From positions 1-57,627 of the forward strand of contig JAKAWC010000004.1 in assembly GCA_021817125.1 (NCBI GenBank): a stretch of 57,627 nt of DNA. Direction: 5' to 3'. The notes under the pieces were generated by a model. That model saw only the letters and a program-made list of their open reading frames with translations. It did not search any database and was not told the DNA's origin. The stretch comes from Candidatus Micrarchaeota archaeon (GTDB taxonomy: Archaea > Micrarchaeota > Micrarchaeia > Micrarchaeales > CABMGC01). Within the stretch, counting starts at the first letter, position 1. The number at the start of each line of letters is the position of its first letter. Of the stretch, positions 19,108 to 27,693 are shown in pieces. Both the position numbers and the translations under genes were made by a program.

Positions 19108-19476
19108 CTATTCCAGTTCCTCTGGCCTTTTCATCAGGAGCCTCTTGTCTATGACCTCGAAATCCTCGTAGTTCTTTGTCAGCGTGAGGCACTTCGGGGG
19201 GCAGACCTCCTCGCACAGTGCACAAAACAGGCACCGCTCATGGCCGACCATCGGCATGTCTTTCGACCCCCTATAGGTCAGGACCTCCACCATAGTTATT
19301 GTCTTGTTCGGGCATATCCTTTCGCACGCCGCGCAGCTTATGCACGTTGACATGTCGAGCCTGAGCATACCCCTGAAAGTGTCCGGGAGGGATTCCCTGC
19401 TCTCAGGATATTCGACAGTGGTCTGCTTGCTGGTCATGTTCTTTACTGCATCTACCAACGGTTCTAAGACGCTCAT
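19108..19476 (-). CDS. nuoI: Complex I subunit I (2x[4Fe-4S])
   Basis: TVEYPE, FRG, CISCAACERICP and CLFCALCEEVCP. Confidence 0.95.
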   Translation of the reverse strand: MSVLEPLVDAVKNMTSKQTTVEYPESRESLPDTFRGMLRLDMSTCISCAACERICPNKTITMVEVLTYRGSKDMPMVGHERCLFCALCEEVCPPKCLTLTKNYEDFEVIDKRLLMKRPEELE

Positions 19477-20489
19477 TATGGCCCCTTGATGAAGACTATG
19501 TAAGTAATAACTAAATTGATTAGCGAGAGCGGAAGTAGGTATATCCACCCAAACCTGAGGAGGTTGTTGAGCCTCATCCTGACCGTAGTGACCCTCACTA
19601 TCACTATGAAGAACGCCACAACCACTGCTTTGATCAGTAGCCATGCGACTGGGGGTAGTATCGCGGGTCCAAGCCATCCGCCAAGGAATATGACGGATAT
19701 CAGGAGGCTGCCAAGCAGCATCCTTGTATAATCAAGAAAGAGCCCTAATGCGTAGTATGGGGAGCTGTAGTCAGTGAACCAGCCGGCAATTAGCTCAGAG
19801 TCTGCCTCACGGATGTCGAACGGGGGCCTCTCCATCTCTGCAAGCATCGTTATGAAGAATATCACGAAGCCCAGCGGCATTAGGATGATAAAGTACCAAG
19901 GAGACTGTGCGTTGACTATGTTGCTGAGGTTGAACCCGTTAGCCATCACCGCCACGGCCACGAGCACGAGTATGAGAGGGAGCTCATAGCTTATGAGCAT
20001 TATGACAGACCTCTGCGCGCTTATGTCGGCGAACTTGTTGCCTGTGGAGTGCCCAGCGAGGAATATCATGCTTGGGGCGAACGAGAGAAGGGTGAATATC
20101 ACCAGCACCCCGAGTCCGAGGTTGGTGGCCTGCAGGGTAGGTGAGAAAGGTATCAGAAACACTATGAATATCGACAGGGCCAACAGGGACGGCATCATGG
20201 TCATGAAGAATATCCGGTCTGCGTTCGCCGGGATCACGTTCTCCTTTGCCAAGAGCTTGATGAGGTCCGCCAGATTCTGCAGTATCCCATACTTTCCTAC
20301 ATAGGTGGGTCCGTGCCTGAGCTGCACCCTTGCGATGACCTTCCTCTCGAACCAGCCAAATAGGTAGTCAAAGACGCCGATTATTATCGCTATGAGTATC
20401 GCATATGCTATGACGGCTATGACACTGGTAGTGAGGTTGCCAGATTGCAGTGCCTGGCCGAGCATATCGAGCGGATTACCTGTCAACAT
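19476..20489 (-). CDS. nuoH: Complex I subunit H
   Basis: ERKVIARVQLRHGP, ADLIKLLAKE, ISYE, AEMERPPFD, ADSELIAG. Confidence 0.96.
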   Translation of the reverse strand: MLTGNPLDMLGQALQSGNLTTSVIAVIAYAILIAIIIGVFDYLFGWFERKVIARVQLRHGPTYVGKYGILQNLADLIKLLAKENVIPANADRIFFMTMMPSLLALSIFIVFLIPFSPTLQATNLGLGVLVIFTLLSFAPSMIFLAGHSTGNKFADISAQRSVIMLISYELPLILVLVAVAVMANGFNLSNIVNAQSPWYFIILMPLGFVIFFITMLAEMERPPFDIREADSELIAGWFTDYSSPYYALGLFLDYTRMLLGSLLISVIFLGGWLGPAILPPVAWLLIKAVVVAFFIVIVRVTTVRMRLNNLLRFGWIYLLPLSLINLVITYIVFIKGP

Positions 20490-21567
20490 CTGCCATCACC
20501 GGATCAAGGCTCGCCAGAATCGCGAATAGATCTGCGAACCTGTGCCCTTTTGCAATATGATTGAGTACCGACAGGTTGATGAAGGACGGTGACCTTATGG
20601 ACAACCTGTACGGCCGCTGTGGGTCGGCGACCATATACATCATACCTTCGCCTCTTGGAGTCTCCCTGCTCACGGTCACGACCCTGTTCTTCGGGACCGG
20701 ATTTATCAGACGGATCTGCATCCCCAACGCGTCGCCTTCAGGCATTGACTTGAGCGCATTCCTGACTAGCTTTATGCTTTCCTTCATCTCAAGCATCCTG
20801 ACCTTGTATCTGGCGAATGCGTCGCCCTCTCCGCGGGTCTGTGGGCTGAAGTTCAGTTTCTTGTAAACGTAGTAGGGCTGGTTGCTTCGTGTGTCGTAGT
20901 CTACGCCAGATCCTCTGAGCGTCGGGCCGGTGACGCCGAAGCGGATGGCATCCTCCCTGTTCAGGACCCCTACCCCCTTCATCCTTTCCGTGAAGATGGG
21001 ATTCTTCTCTAGCACTTCCTGGAACTGGGCTATCCTCTGGTCCAAGTAATCGAGCAGCGGCGCGGCATGTTCTGCGAAGTCGGGAGGCTGGTCGCGGATA
21101 AGCCCGCCCATCCTTTGGTTGACGTAGAACATCCTTGTCCCTGCCGACTCCTCGAGGAGCCTGAGCACCTTGTCCCTATCGCTGAACGCCCACATGAATA
21201 TGGTGAAGAGCTGACCGACGTCGTTCGCCAGGGTGCCGAGCCATAGCAGGTGGCTCGCTATCCTCTGGAGCTCGAGCTGTATTAAGCGGATGTACTGGGC
21301 TCTTTCCTTTACCGGAATCCCCATCGCCGCTTCTACGGCGGACACGTAGAGCTCGTCGAACGCAAGGGGGGCGATGTAATCAAGCTTCTCCATGTAGACA
21401 GGGTTTTGCAGGTACATCCTGTTCTCTACGAGCTTCTCGACTCCTCTGTGAAGGAATCCGATGTGCGGCTCGACCTTCTTTATGGTGTCTCCATCAACAT
21501 CAACCAGTAACCGCAGAACCCCATGGGTGCCGGGGTGTATCGGGCCTACATTGATCCGGGTTATCAT
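20476..21567 (-). CDS. nuoD: Complex I subunit D
   Basis: GPIHPGTHGVLRL, GFLHRGVEK, ETPRGE, LDPVMADVDR; no NiFe CxxC motifs. Confidence 0.96.
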   Translation of the reverse strand: MITRINVGPIHPGTHGVLRLLVDVDGDTIKKVEPHIGFLHRGVEKLVENRMYLQNPVYMEKLDYIAPLAFDELYVSAVEAAMGIPVKERAQYIRLIQLELQRIASHLLWLGTLANDVGQLFTIFMWAFSDRDKVLRLLEESAGTRMFYVNQRMGGLIRDQPPDFAEHAAPLLDYLDQRIAQFQEVLEKNPIFTERMKGVGVLNREDAIRFGVTGPTLRGSGVDYDTRSNQPYYVYKKLNFSPQTRGEGDAFARYKVRMLEMKESIKLVRNALKSMPEGDALGMQIRLINPVPKNRVVTVSRETPRGEGMMYMVADPQRPYRLSIRSPSFINLSVLNHIAKGHRFADLFAILASLDPVMADVDR

Positions 21568-21570
21568 GGT

Positions 21571-21954
21571 TTATTCCTCACTCTTGTATGTGGGCGACCC
21601 CCACCCAAAGCTTTTCCTTAACGGCGCCTCGACTCCATCCCATTTCTCTAGGAGTAGCCTCCGCACATGTCTCCCGCGTATGTCGACCCCGAACATCTCT
21701 GCCATCTCCCGCTCATACCAGTCGGCGGCGGCGTAGTACTTTGTGACGGTCGGGACCCAGGCGTCGGAGTACGGAATATCAACTTCGAGGAGCTCATCCT
21801 TGTTCTGCGCTATATTGCGCACAAAGTACAGCACCTGCAACGAGGCGATGTTGTCGACAGCGGTTATCTTGACCAGGTAGTCGAACCCCTGGGCCATCCC
21901 CTCTTCTATGGCGCTTGCCAGATTCGCACGGTCAATCTTCAACTTTACCACCAA
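21571..21954 (-). CDS. nuoC: Complex I subunit C
   Basis: ITAVD, ADWYEREMAEMFGV, PLRKSF. Confidence 0.93.
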   Translation of the reverse strand: MVVKLKIDRANLASAIEEGMAQGFDYLVKITAVDNIASLQVLYFVRNIAQNKDELLEVDIPYSDAWVPTVTKYYAAADWYEREMAEMFGVDIRGRHVRRLLLEKWDGVEAPLRKSFGWGSPTYKSEE

Positions 21955-22501
21955 TCTTCTCCTGCAGTTTCATCAGCGCACCGAACAGGTTCTCTGGCCG
22001 AGGAGGGCATCCCGCCACGAATATGTCAACGGGAAGCACCTGGTCTATGCCCTTGATGATGTTATAGCTCTCGAACCAAGGCCCTCCGCATGTCGCACAC
22101 TCACCGTAGGCAATCACATACTTCGGGCTCGGCATCTGCTCGTACATCCTCTTTATCTCCGGGATTACCGCCTTGGTGACCCATCCGGCTACAATCATGA
22201 CGTCGCACTGCCTCGGCGTGCCCCGAAACAGCAGGTAACCCTTTCGCTCCGCATCGACGCGAGATGTGCCAAAGTCCATGAGTTCCATAGCACAGCAGGC
22301 GAGGCCGAACTGGAGGGGCCACAGCGAGTTCATCCGGGACCAGTTTATCAGCCCTTCCGACATCGCCTTTGTGACATCGGATAATTTTGTGAAAAAGACG
22401 TTCTGCTTCTGCTCCCGTGACTTCAGAGACTCCTCTACGAGCTTGTCCATCTCCTTCTTGGCATTGAGGAACCTCTCGCTAGAGTAATACTCTTCATCCA
22501 T
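21932..22501 (-). CDS. nuoB: Complex I subunit B
   Basis: FGLACCAMEL, PRQCD, GECATCGG, GCPPRPE. Confidence 0.96.
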   Translation of the reverse strand: MDEEYYSSERFLNAKKEMDKLVEESLKSREQKQNVFFTKLSDVTKAMSEGLINWSRMNSLWPLQFGLACCAMELMDFGTSRVDAERKGYLLFRGTPRQCDVMIVAGWVTKAVIPEIKRMYEQMPSPKYVIAYGECATCGGPWFESYNIIKGIDQVLPVDIFVAGCPPRPENLFGALMKLQEKIGGKVED

Positions 22502-22856
22502 TCTTCTCCCCTCCTTTGGCTATCATCATGACCATTATCTCAAGGAAGAACCCGAATACAGCGAGCGCAAGCACCACCATGCTGTCCACGAACGACAGTT
22601 GCTTGGCCACAACCGCCCAGATTAACAGGATCGCGGCTATTATCTCGAACGCCAGAAACATGGGGAAGTAGTAGATGTACTCCTTCATTATCGCCATCCG
22701 AGTTCCGATCGGCTCCTCTGCGCTCTCGTAGTTCATCCCCTTGGTGCGGGACATCACCGTAGTCCTTCTGAGGAATCTCGACCCCACGAGCATCGAAGCG
22801 GGGACGAACGCCGCAAACAGCAGGAATATGATCAGAGGCACGTAGGCAGAGACCAT
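22494..22856 (-). CDS. nuoA: Complex I subunit A
   Basis: 3 TM, YESAEEP loop, FLAFEI; first gene of the operon. Confidence 0.9.
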   Translation of the reverse strand: MVSAYVPLIIFLLFAAFVPASMLVGSRFLRRTTVMSRTKGMNYESAEEPIGTRMAIMKEYIYYFPMFLAFEIIAAILLIWAVVAKQLSFVDSMVVLALAVFGFFLEIMVMMIAKGGEKNG

Positions 22857-23045
22857 GCCTTTACATTCTCATATAAGTTTAATAGTCCTTGTTATGCAGA
22901 CGACTGCCCGTTTTTATGGCAAGCTGGTTTAAATGGCGCGGATTCTGGCTCGTGTAGTGGCGTAAATGCAGGTCATTTATGCGCAGTAACTTTGTTACTG
23001 GGTCTATTTTTAAAGGTGCGACTACCATGATATAACGGTAAGGAG

Positions 23046-23504
23046 ATGTACAGCAACAATAGGAATATCGTTGTCAGGGAGATAATGAGTTCCCCAGTTG
23101 TAACAGGATCTCTGAAAGAGGGCGTAAAGGACATAGCCAAGAAGATGAAGCAGCATGATGTCGACTCGATCGTCATCGTCAACCAGGCCAACGAGCCAGT
23201 TGGGATAATAACCGAGGGCGACATGGTGAGAAGGCTTCTGGCCAGGACGCGAAACCTCCTCTTCTTCAAGGCGAAGGACATCATAAGCAAGCCGGTCCTT
23301 TCGGTGAGAGGAGATATGTCTATGGACGACGCGGCGCAGACCATGATGTCGAAGCGGGTGAAGAAACTGTGCGTGGTCGACGAGCAAGGCAAGCTCATCG
23401 GCTTGGTAACGCAGTTCGACATCATCAAGAACTCCACGGCTTTGATAGGCGTGTTGCGCGAGATGGTACAGGCCGGCTACGCAGAGGAAACGGAAACGGC
23501 CTGA
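23046..23504 (+). CDS. Tandem CBS-domain protein
   Basis: VREIMSSPVVT, GIITEGD, KDIISKPV, GLVTQFDI. Confidence 0.9.
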   Translation: MYSNNRNIVVREIMSSPVVTGSLKEGVKDIAKKMKQHDVDSIVIVNQANEPVGIITEGDMVRRLLARTRNLLFFKAKDIISKPVLSVRGDMSMDDAAQTMMSKRVKKLCVVDEQGKLIGLVTQFDIIKNSTALIGVLREMVQAGYAEETETA

Positions 23505-23519
23505 TGGCAGATGGTGTCT

Positions 23520-23825
23520 CTAAGACATCTCTATGCTCTCTTCGGAGTAGCCGAGCTGCAGGAGAGCCTTCCTTACTGCATCCTTGTGGTCACCCTGAAG
23601 CTCGATCGTGCCGTTCTTGTGGGTCCCACCGCACGCTAGGATATGCTTAAGCTCCTTTGCAGTCTTGTCGAGTTCCTCGCCAGTAAAGCCCTCGATCACA
23701 GTCATATATTTCCGGAACTTCTTTTTCTCGGTATAGACTTTGATGCGCCTATTGGTCTCTTTATCTAGTACGTCGCATACGCAGATTTCCTTGGGTAATC
23801 CGCACTTTACGCACATTTCAGCCAT
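23520..23825 (-). CDS. aif1: Translation initiation factor aIF1 (SUI1)
   Basis: CVKCGLPKEICVC, KELKHILACGGT, IELQGDH. Confidence 0.96.
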   Translation of the reverse strand: MAEMCVKCGLPKEICVCDVLDKETNRRIKVYTEKKKFRKYMTVIEGFTGEELDKTAKELKHILACGGTHKNGTIELQGDHKDAVRKALLQLGYSEESIEMS

Positions 23826-24022
23826 TAGTTTTGCGCACCTCGCTCTTTGAGCAAAGTTAGAATTTGTGCGATGGTCCTCCTGATCTCCCGCGACTTTACC
23901 TTCTTGCTGGCGACCCCGGTAGAGGCGATCTTCCTCTTCTCTATGTTGAGGTCGAGCCTAAGTTCACCTAGCTTCGCGCCAAGCGCGTCGGTGGACAGTG
24001 CTCTTAAGTCGTTTACTCTTAT
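23825..24022 (-). CDS. rpl29: 50S ribosomal protein uL29, apparent non-canonical ATA start (not in ORF track)
   Basis: (I/M)RVNDLRALSTDALGAKLGELRLDLNIEKRKIASTGVASKKVKSREIRRTIAQILTLLKERGAQN; syntenic between uS3 and aIF1. Confidence 0.92.
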   Translation of the reverse strand: MRVNDLRALSTDALGAKLGELRLDLNIEKRKIASTGVASKKVKSREIRRTIAQILTLLKERGAQN

Positions 24023-24055
24023 GGAATCACCTATTGTATATGATATTTCTCCTAT

Positions 24056-24781
24056 TTAAGCTTTATTTACACTCGGTGTCGGTGCTGGTGCTGGTGTCGG
24101 TGCTGGTGTCGGTGCTGGTGCTGCCTCACGTGGTGCATCCCTGTCCCTCGGTGGGAACGGCTTTGCCTCCATCGCCTTCGGAAGAGCTATCTTTTTCATC
24201 TCCATGTCGGGGAACTTGGTTCCTGGCTGGACTATCCGTACGAGTATCCCGATCGCGCCATACTTTGGGTAAGCTGTGACGTGAGCCTCGTCCACTAACC
24301 TTGTGACCGCGCCAGCCTTCGGTATGTAGCCGAACCTGACCTTTATCGACTTGGCCCGTGCGCCTTTCGCGGCGAGCTTGCCTGCGGCGATTATTTCAGC
24401 GCCGAGGGCGCCGTTCTGCATTATGTCTCTGAGCGTCATGTGGAGGAGCGACCTTGCGTTCGACCCTCTCTCAAGCGAGTTGGCTATGTATCTACCGACA
24501 AGCCTTGGCTCAAGCTTCGGATTCCTTACCTCGGCCACGCTTATCTGTGGGTTGTCGATCTTGTATGTCTTCTTTATCGTGTCGGTGAGCGTGTCGATGG
24601 TGGAGCCTCCCCTTCCGATGACTCTTCCCGGGTTGGTCACGTAGACGGTGATCCTGGTGATCATTGGGGTCTTCTGGATGTCGACCCTTGAGAAGCCAGC
24701 CTTTGAGAGCTGCTTCTCGAGGTACTTGGTTATGCCAGCCTTTATGAGCGCATCGTCTATAAATTTTCTCTCAACTACCAT
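24056..24781 (-). CDS. rps3: 30S ribosomal protein uS3
   Basis: KH domain PGRVIGRGG, GAEIIAAGKL, GAIGILVRI; PAPT-repeat tail. Confidence 0.97.
   Translation of the reverse strand: MVVERKFIDDALIKAGITKYLEKQLSKAGFSRVDIQKTPMITRITVYVTNPGRVIGRGGSTIDTLTDTIKKTYKIDNPQISVAEVRNPKLEPRLVGRYIANSLERGSNARSLLHMTLRDIMQNGALGAEIIAAGKLAAKGARAKSIKVRFGYIPKAGAVTRLVDEAHVTAYPKYGAIGILVRIVQPGTKFPDMEMKKIALPKAMEAKPFPPRDRDAPREAAPAPTPAPTPAPAPTPSVNKA
24073..24123. repeat. Coding tandem repeat (6/12-nt units GGTGCT/GGTGTC) encoding PAPTPAPTPAPAPTP in the uS3 tail
   Basis: cggtgtcggtgctggtgctggtgtcggtgctggtgtcggtgctggtgct seen directly. Confidence 0.85.
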
Positions 24782-24785
24782 CGAT

Positions 24786-25511
24786 TCACGCCTTCTTTAC
24801 CTGCTCTGCAGGTTTCTCCTCCTTCTGCGCCGCCGGCTTCTGGGCGGCGGGCTTGACTTCGGGCTTTGGCGCGACGATCTGCTTGGGTGCATCTGCCTTC
24901 TTCGCCGCAGGTTTCTTATCTGGCGCCTGCTTTGGAACGAGTCCTTTTGCCATCGCCATTATCTTCTCCTTCTTTACGGCCCTTTCCTTTGCCTTGATGA
25001 AATATCGCATATTCTTCGAGAGCCCTTTCTCGTCGCCCTGACCGAGTCCGATCTCGATCTTTGCATATTCGAGATCCATATGCCTCATTGGCGTCGCCCC
25101 CATGTAACTGCCGTGGACTCCTGTTATCGAGCCTTTCGGGGGGTATCGCCTCTCGATGCGGGTCTTGTTCGCACAGGCATGGACCACATATAGGTCGTTG
25201 CCATCGAGACCGAAGTTCTTTGCATTGCCTATCGCATTTAGAAGCGTGAGTCTAATGTGCTTGGCTGCCCTGACTGGGTATGCGCCCTTCCTTCCGCCCA
25301 GTTCATGCCTTGCACCCATGTGCTTGTTGTGCGTCCTGAACGGTATCGGCTGCTCCATAGCAATCAGGCTGTCAATCAGATTGAGCGCCCTGTCGACCCG
25401 CATATACCTTATCGCATCGCAGACCGCCCCGAGGTGCTTGTAACTGGCGTTGATGTCGTACTTCTGGGCCATCACCACGCCCTGCCTTTCCCTGTTGAAC
25501 GAGTATTTCAT
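24786..25511 (-). CDS. rpl22: 50S ribosomal protein uL22 with Lys/Ala/Pro-rich C-terminal extension
   Basis: ASYKHLGAVCDAIR, GAYPVRAA, LLNAIGNA; ATG overlaps the rps19 stop (TAATG). Confidence 0.95.
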   Translation of the reverse strand: MKYSFNRERQGVVMAQKYDINASYKHLGAVCDAIRYMRVDRALNLIDSLIAMEQPIPFRTHNKHMGARHELGGRKGAYPVRAAKHIRLTLLNAIGNAKNFGLDGNDLYVVHACANKTRIERRYPPKGSITGVHGSYMGATPMRHMDLEYAKIEIGLGQGDEKGLSKNMRYFIKAKERAVKKEKIMAMAKGLVPKQAPDKKPAAKKADAPKQIVAPKPEVKPAAQKPAAQKEEKPAEQVKKA

Positions 25512-25903
25512 TACTTCACCGCTAGGAACTTGCTGCCCCTTGTCGCCCTGATGCCAGGCGCAGAATGCATGACTCTCTTTGTGCTGAATACAAAATCGCC
25601 GAGCCTGTGCCCGAGCATCTCCGGCCCGATTGCGAGCTGCTTGTACTCCTTTCCGTTGTGGACAGCGATGTTCAGTCCGAGCCATGATGGCAGAATCACC
25701 GCCTCCCTTGTCCGGGTCTTAATCAGCTTTTTCGGGTCCTTCTTCTTGACCGCATCTATCTTCGCCTCGAGCTCCTTGACCTGGATCGAGTTGCGCTTGA
25801 GCGCTCTCCTCTGCCTCGATTCGAGAAGCTTTGCGAAGTCATCGACCTTCATCGCCTGAAGCTCTTCTACAGTCTTTCCCCTAAATAAGAATATCCTTGG
25901 CAT
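25511..25903 (-). CDS. rps19: 30S ribosomal protein uS19
   Basis: FRGKTVEEL, VHNGKEY, MLGHRLGDF, HSAPGIRATR. Confidence 0.97.
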   Translation of the reverse strand: MPRIFLFRGKTVEELQAMKVDDFAKLLESRQRRALKRNSIQVKELEAKIDAVKKKDPKKLIKTRTREAVILPSWLGLNIAVHNGKEYKQLAIGPEMLGHRLGDFVFSTKRVMHSAPGIRATRGSKFLAVK

Positions 25904-25907
25904 CCAA

Positions 25908-26627
25908 CTAACCTCTCTTCCTTCTTCCTACCCTGCTGGCCGCAATGTGCCCGACCTTTGCGCCTGGAGGTGCGTTCCTCGAAGTCATTGAGGATGCTCC
26001 CTTGTGGTGCTGCTTTCCGCCGAATGGGTGGTCGACTGGGTTGGACTTGACTCCGCGGTTGAGCGGCCATCTTGTGTTTGTAGCGTGCTTTATGTAGAAG
26101 TTCTTTCCCGCCTTCATGAGCGGCATTGTCTCCTGCCCCCCACCTGCGACGGCTCCGATCTCTGCCCTGCAGTTTGCATTTATGTCGACAGTGCGCTTCG
26201 ATGGGAGGAGAATGCTTGCTGTCGTCTCGGTGTGCGCCACGACCGTTGCATAGCTGCCAGATGCCCTTGCCATCTTGCCGCCATCTCCGGGCGTGACCTC
26301 TATGTTGTAAATGACGGTCCCGTCGGGCACGCTTGCCAGAGGCAGTATGCTGCCTAGGGTCAGCTCTGCGTTGTTACCCTCCTGTATCTTGTCGCCTATC
26401 TTGATGCCCTCGGGGGCTAGAAGTATGTTCTCGGACTTGTCTTCGAACTGGATCCGCATGAGAGGCGCGGTGTGCATCGGGTCGTCGATGAACTCGACTA
26501 CCTCTCCATTAAGCCTTGTCTCGATCTGCTTTGAGCCGAACTTGACGTCAGCCTTCGCATGGTTCGGCAGCTTCATGTAAGCGTTGGTGCCGTTTCCGCG
26601 TCTTTGGTTGTGTAGTCGTTTCCCCAT
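25908..26627 (-). CDS. rpl2: 50S ribosomal protein uL2
   Basis: MGKRLHNQRRG, PGDGGKMARASG, RGVKSNPVDHPFGG, PPGAKVGHIAASR. Confidence 0.97.
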   Translation of the reverse strand: MGKRLHNQRRGNGTNAYMKLPNHAKADVKFGSKQIETRLNGEVVEFIDDPMHTAPLMRIQFEDKSENILLAPEGIKIGDKIQEGNNAELTLGSILPLASVPDGTVIYNIEVTPGDGGKMARASGSYATVVAHTETTASILLPSKRTVDINANCRAEIGAVAGGGQETMPLMKAGKNFYIKHATNTRWPLNRGVKSNPVDHPFGGKQHHKGASSMTSRNAPPGAKVGHIAASRVGRRKRG

Positions 26628-26636
26628 GTCCTCGCC

Positions 26637-26897
26637 TTATACCAGCTTTAGCTTGAGCGCTATGTCGCTGGCCTTGTATGCCTTGTTGAGTCTGATGTAA
26701 GCCTTCTTCTGGTTCTTCGCCGTCCTCATCATGTTGATCTTGCTAATCTTAACTTTAAATATTCCTTCGAACTCCTTCTTGACATCTGCCTTTGTCGACC
26801 TGAAGTCGACGACATACACTATGGTATTGTCGCGGTCGATCATGCCGACAGCCTTTTCCGTTGCGATTGGATAGAGTAAGCTTGTCATGGATATCAC
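26637..26897 (-). CDS. rpl23: 50S ribosomal protein uL23
   Basis: YPIATEKA, KKAYIRL, ASDIALKL. Confidence 0.95.
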   Translation of the reverse strand: MISMTSLLYPIATEKAVGMIDRDNTIVYVVDFRSTKADVKKEFEGIFKVKISKINMMRTAKNQKKAYIRLNKAYKASDIALKLKLV

Positions 26898-27691
26898 ATT
26901 GCCTTTGCTACTGCGACAGCCTTGTCGAGAGCTTTGAGCGCGCCTTCAGTCCATATTGCAAGCCTTGGCTTTGCCCCCGGTGCGAGCTCAGCTACACGGA
27001 GCTGGTTGACGCTGACCGCCTGGACGCCTGGGATGTTTCTTGCGGCCCTGCCCACCTTGTCGACGTTGGCTGCGATTATAAGGACCGAGTTCCTGAAATG
27101 CCTCCTCTGTGAAAGCCTTCTGAGCCCTTTCCTGACCTTGGGGTCGTGGGACCTCTCAAGGTCTGCACCTAGCCTTAGCGCCTCCAGGACCTTGACCAAT
27201 TCCTGTGACTTTGTTATTGATTCGATCTTGTCCTCGATGACCAGTGGCGCATGACCGTCGAACGTGTGCCTTGCCTTGATGAGTTCGGAGTTGGCGGTCC
27301 CCGCAATCGCTGACCCGAGCGCACTCCTGTACTCCTTTACGTTTATCTCCTCGACAAGTGACTTCTCTATCTTGTGCGGGTGGGCCCTCCTGCCCTTTAC
27401 CGCTGATGGTATCCTTCTGACGTCTCCCTTCGAGCCGCCCCCGAGCTTTTGCTTGGGCCTGATTGCCTGCCCCATGTGCCTTCCTGACCTCCACGTGTTC
27501 ATCCTTCCGACGTAGATTGCAGTAGTATTGAGTCCTGCGAGCAGGTAGTGCCCCTGCGGCTGGTATCGAGTAGACTGTTCGTGGAGGAGCGCCCTTCGCA
27601 CGAGGTCCTCTCTATACGGCGTGCTGAATACCGCGGGCAGAGCTACCTTTCTTGCAGACTTGCCATCAATTTGGTAAACTTCAGCTTCCAT
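26894..27691 (-). CDS. rpl4: 50S ribosomal protein uL4
   Basis: LPAVFSTPYREDLV, AVKGRRAHP, ARNIPGV, LAPGAKPRLAIWT. Confidence 0.97.
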   Translation of the reverse strand: MEAEVYQIDGKSARKVALPAVFSTPYREDLVRRALLHEQSTRYQPQGHYLLAGLNTTAIYVGRMNTWRSGRHMGQAIRPKQKLGGGSKGDVRRIPSAVKGRRAHPHKIEKSLVEEINVKEYRSALGSAIAGTANSELIKARHTFDGHAPLVIEDKIESITKSQELVKVLEALRLGADLERSHDPKVRKGLRRLSQRRHFRNSVLIIAANVDKVGRAARNIPGVQAVSVNQLRVAELAPGAKPRLAIWTEGALKALDKAVAVAKAM

Positions 27692-27693
27692 TA

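Noticed and set aside
20476-22501. Group 4 [NiFe]-hydrogenase interpretation of nuoB/C/D
   Set aside because: The large subunit lacks both CxxC Ni-binding motifs and has the quinone-site HGVLRL and DVDR ending of NuoD.
24022-24058. uS3-uL29 fusion by stop-codon read-through (same frame)
   Set aside because: The stop is TAA, the spacer is AT-rich and non-coding-like, and a correctly spaced RBS precedes the ATA, so independent initiation is more parsimonious.
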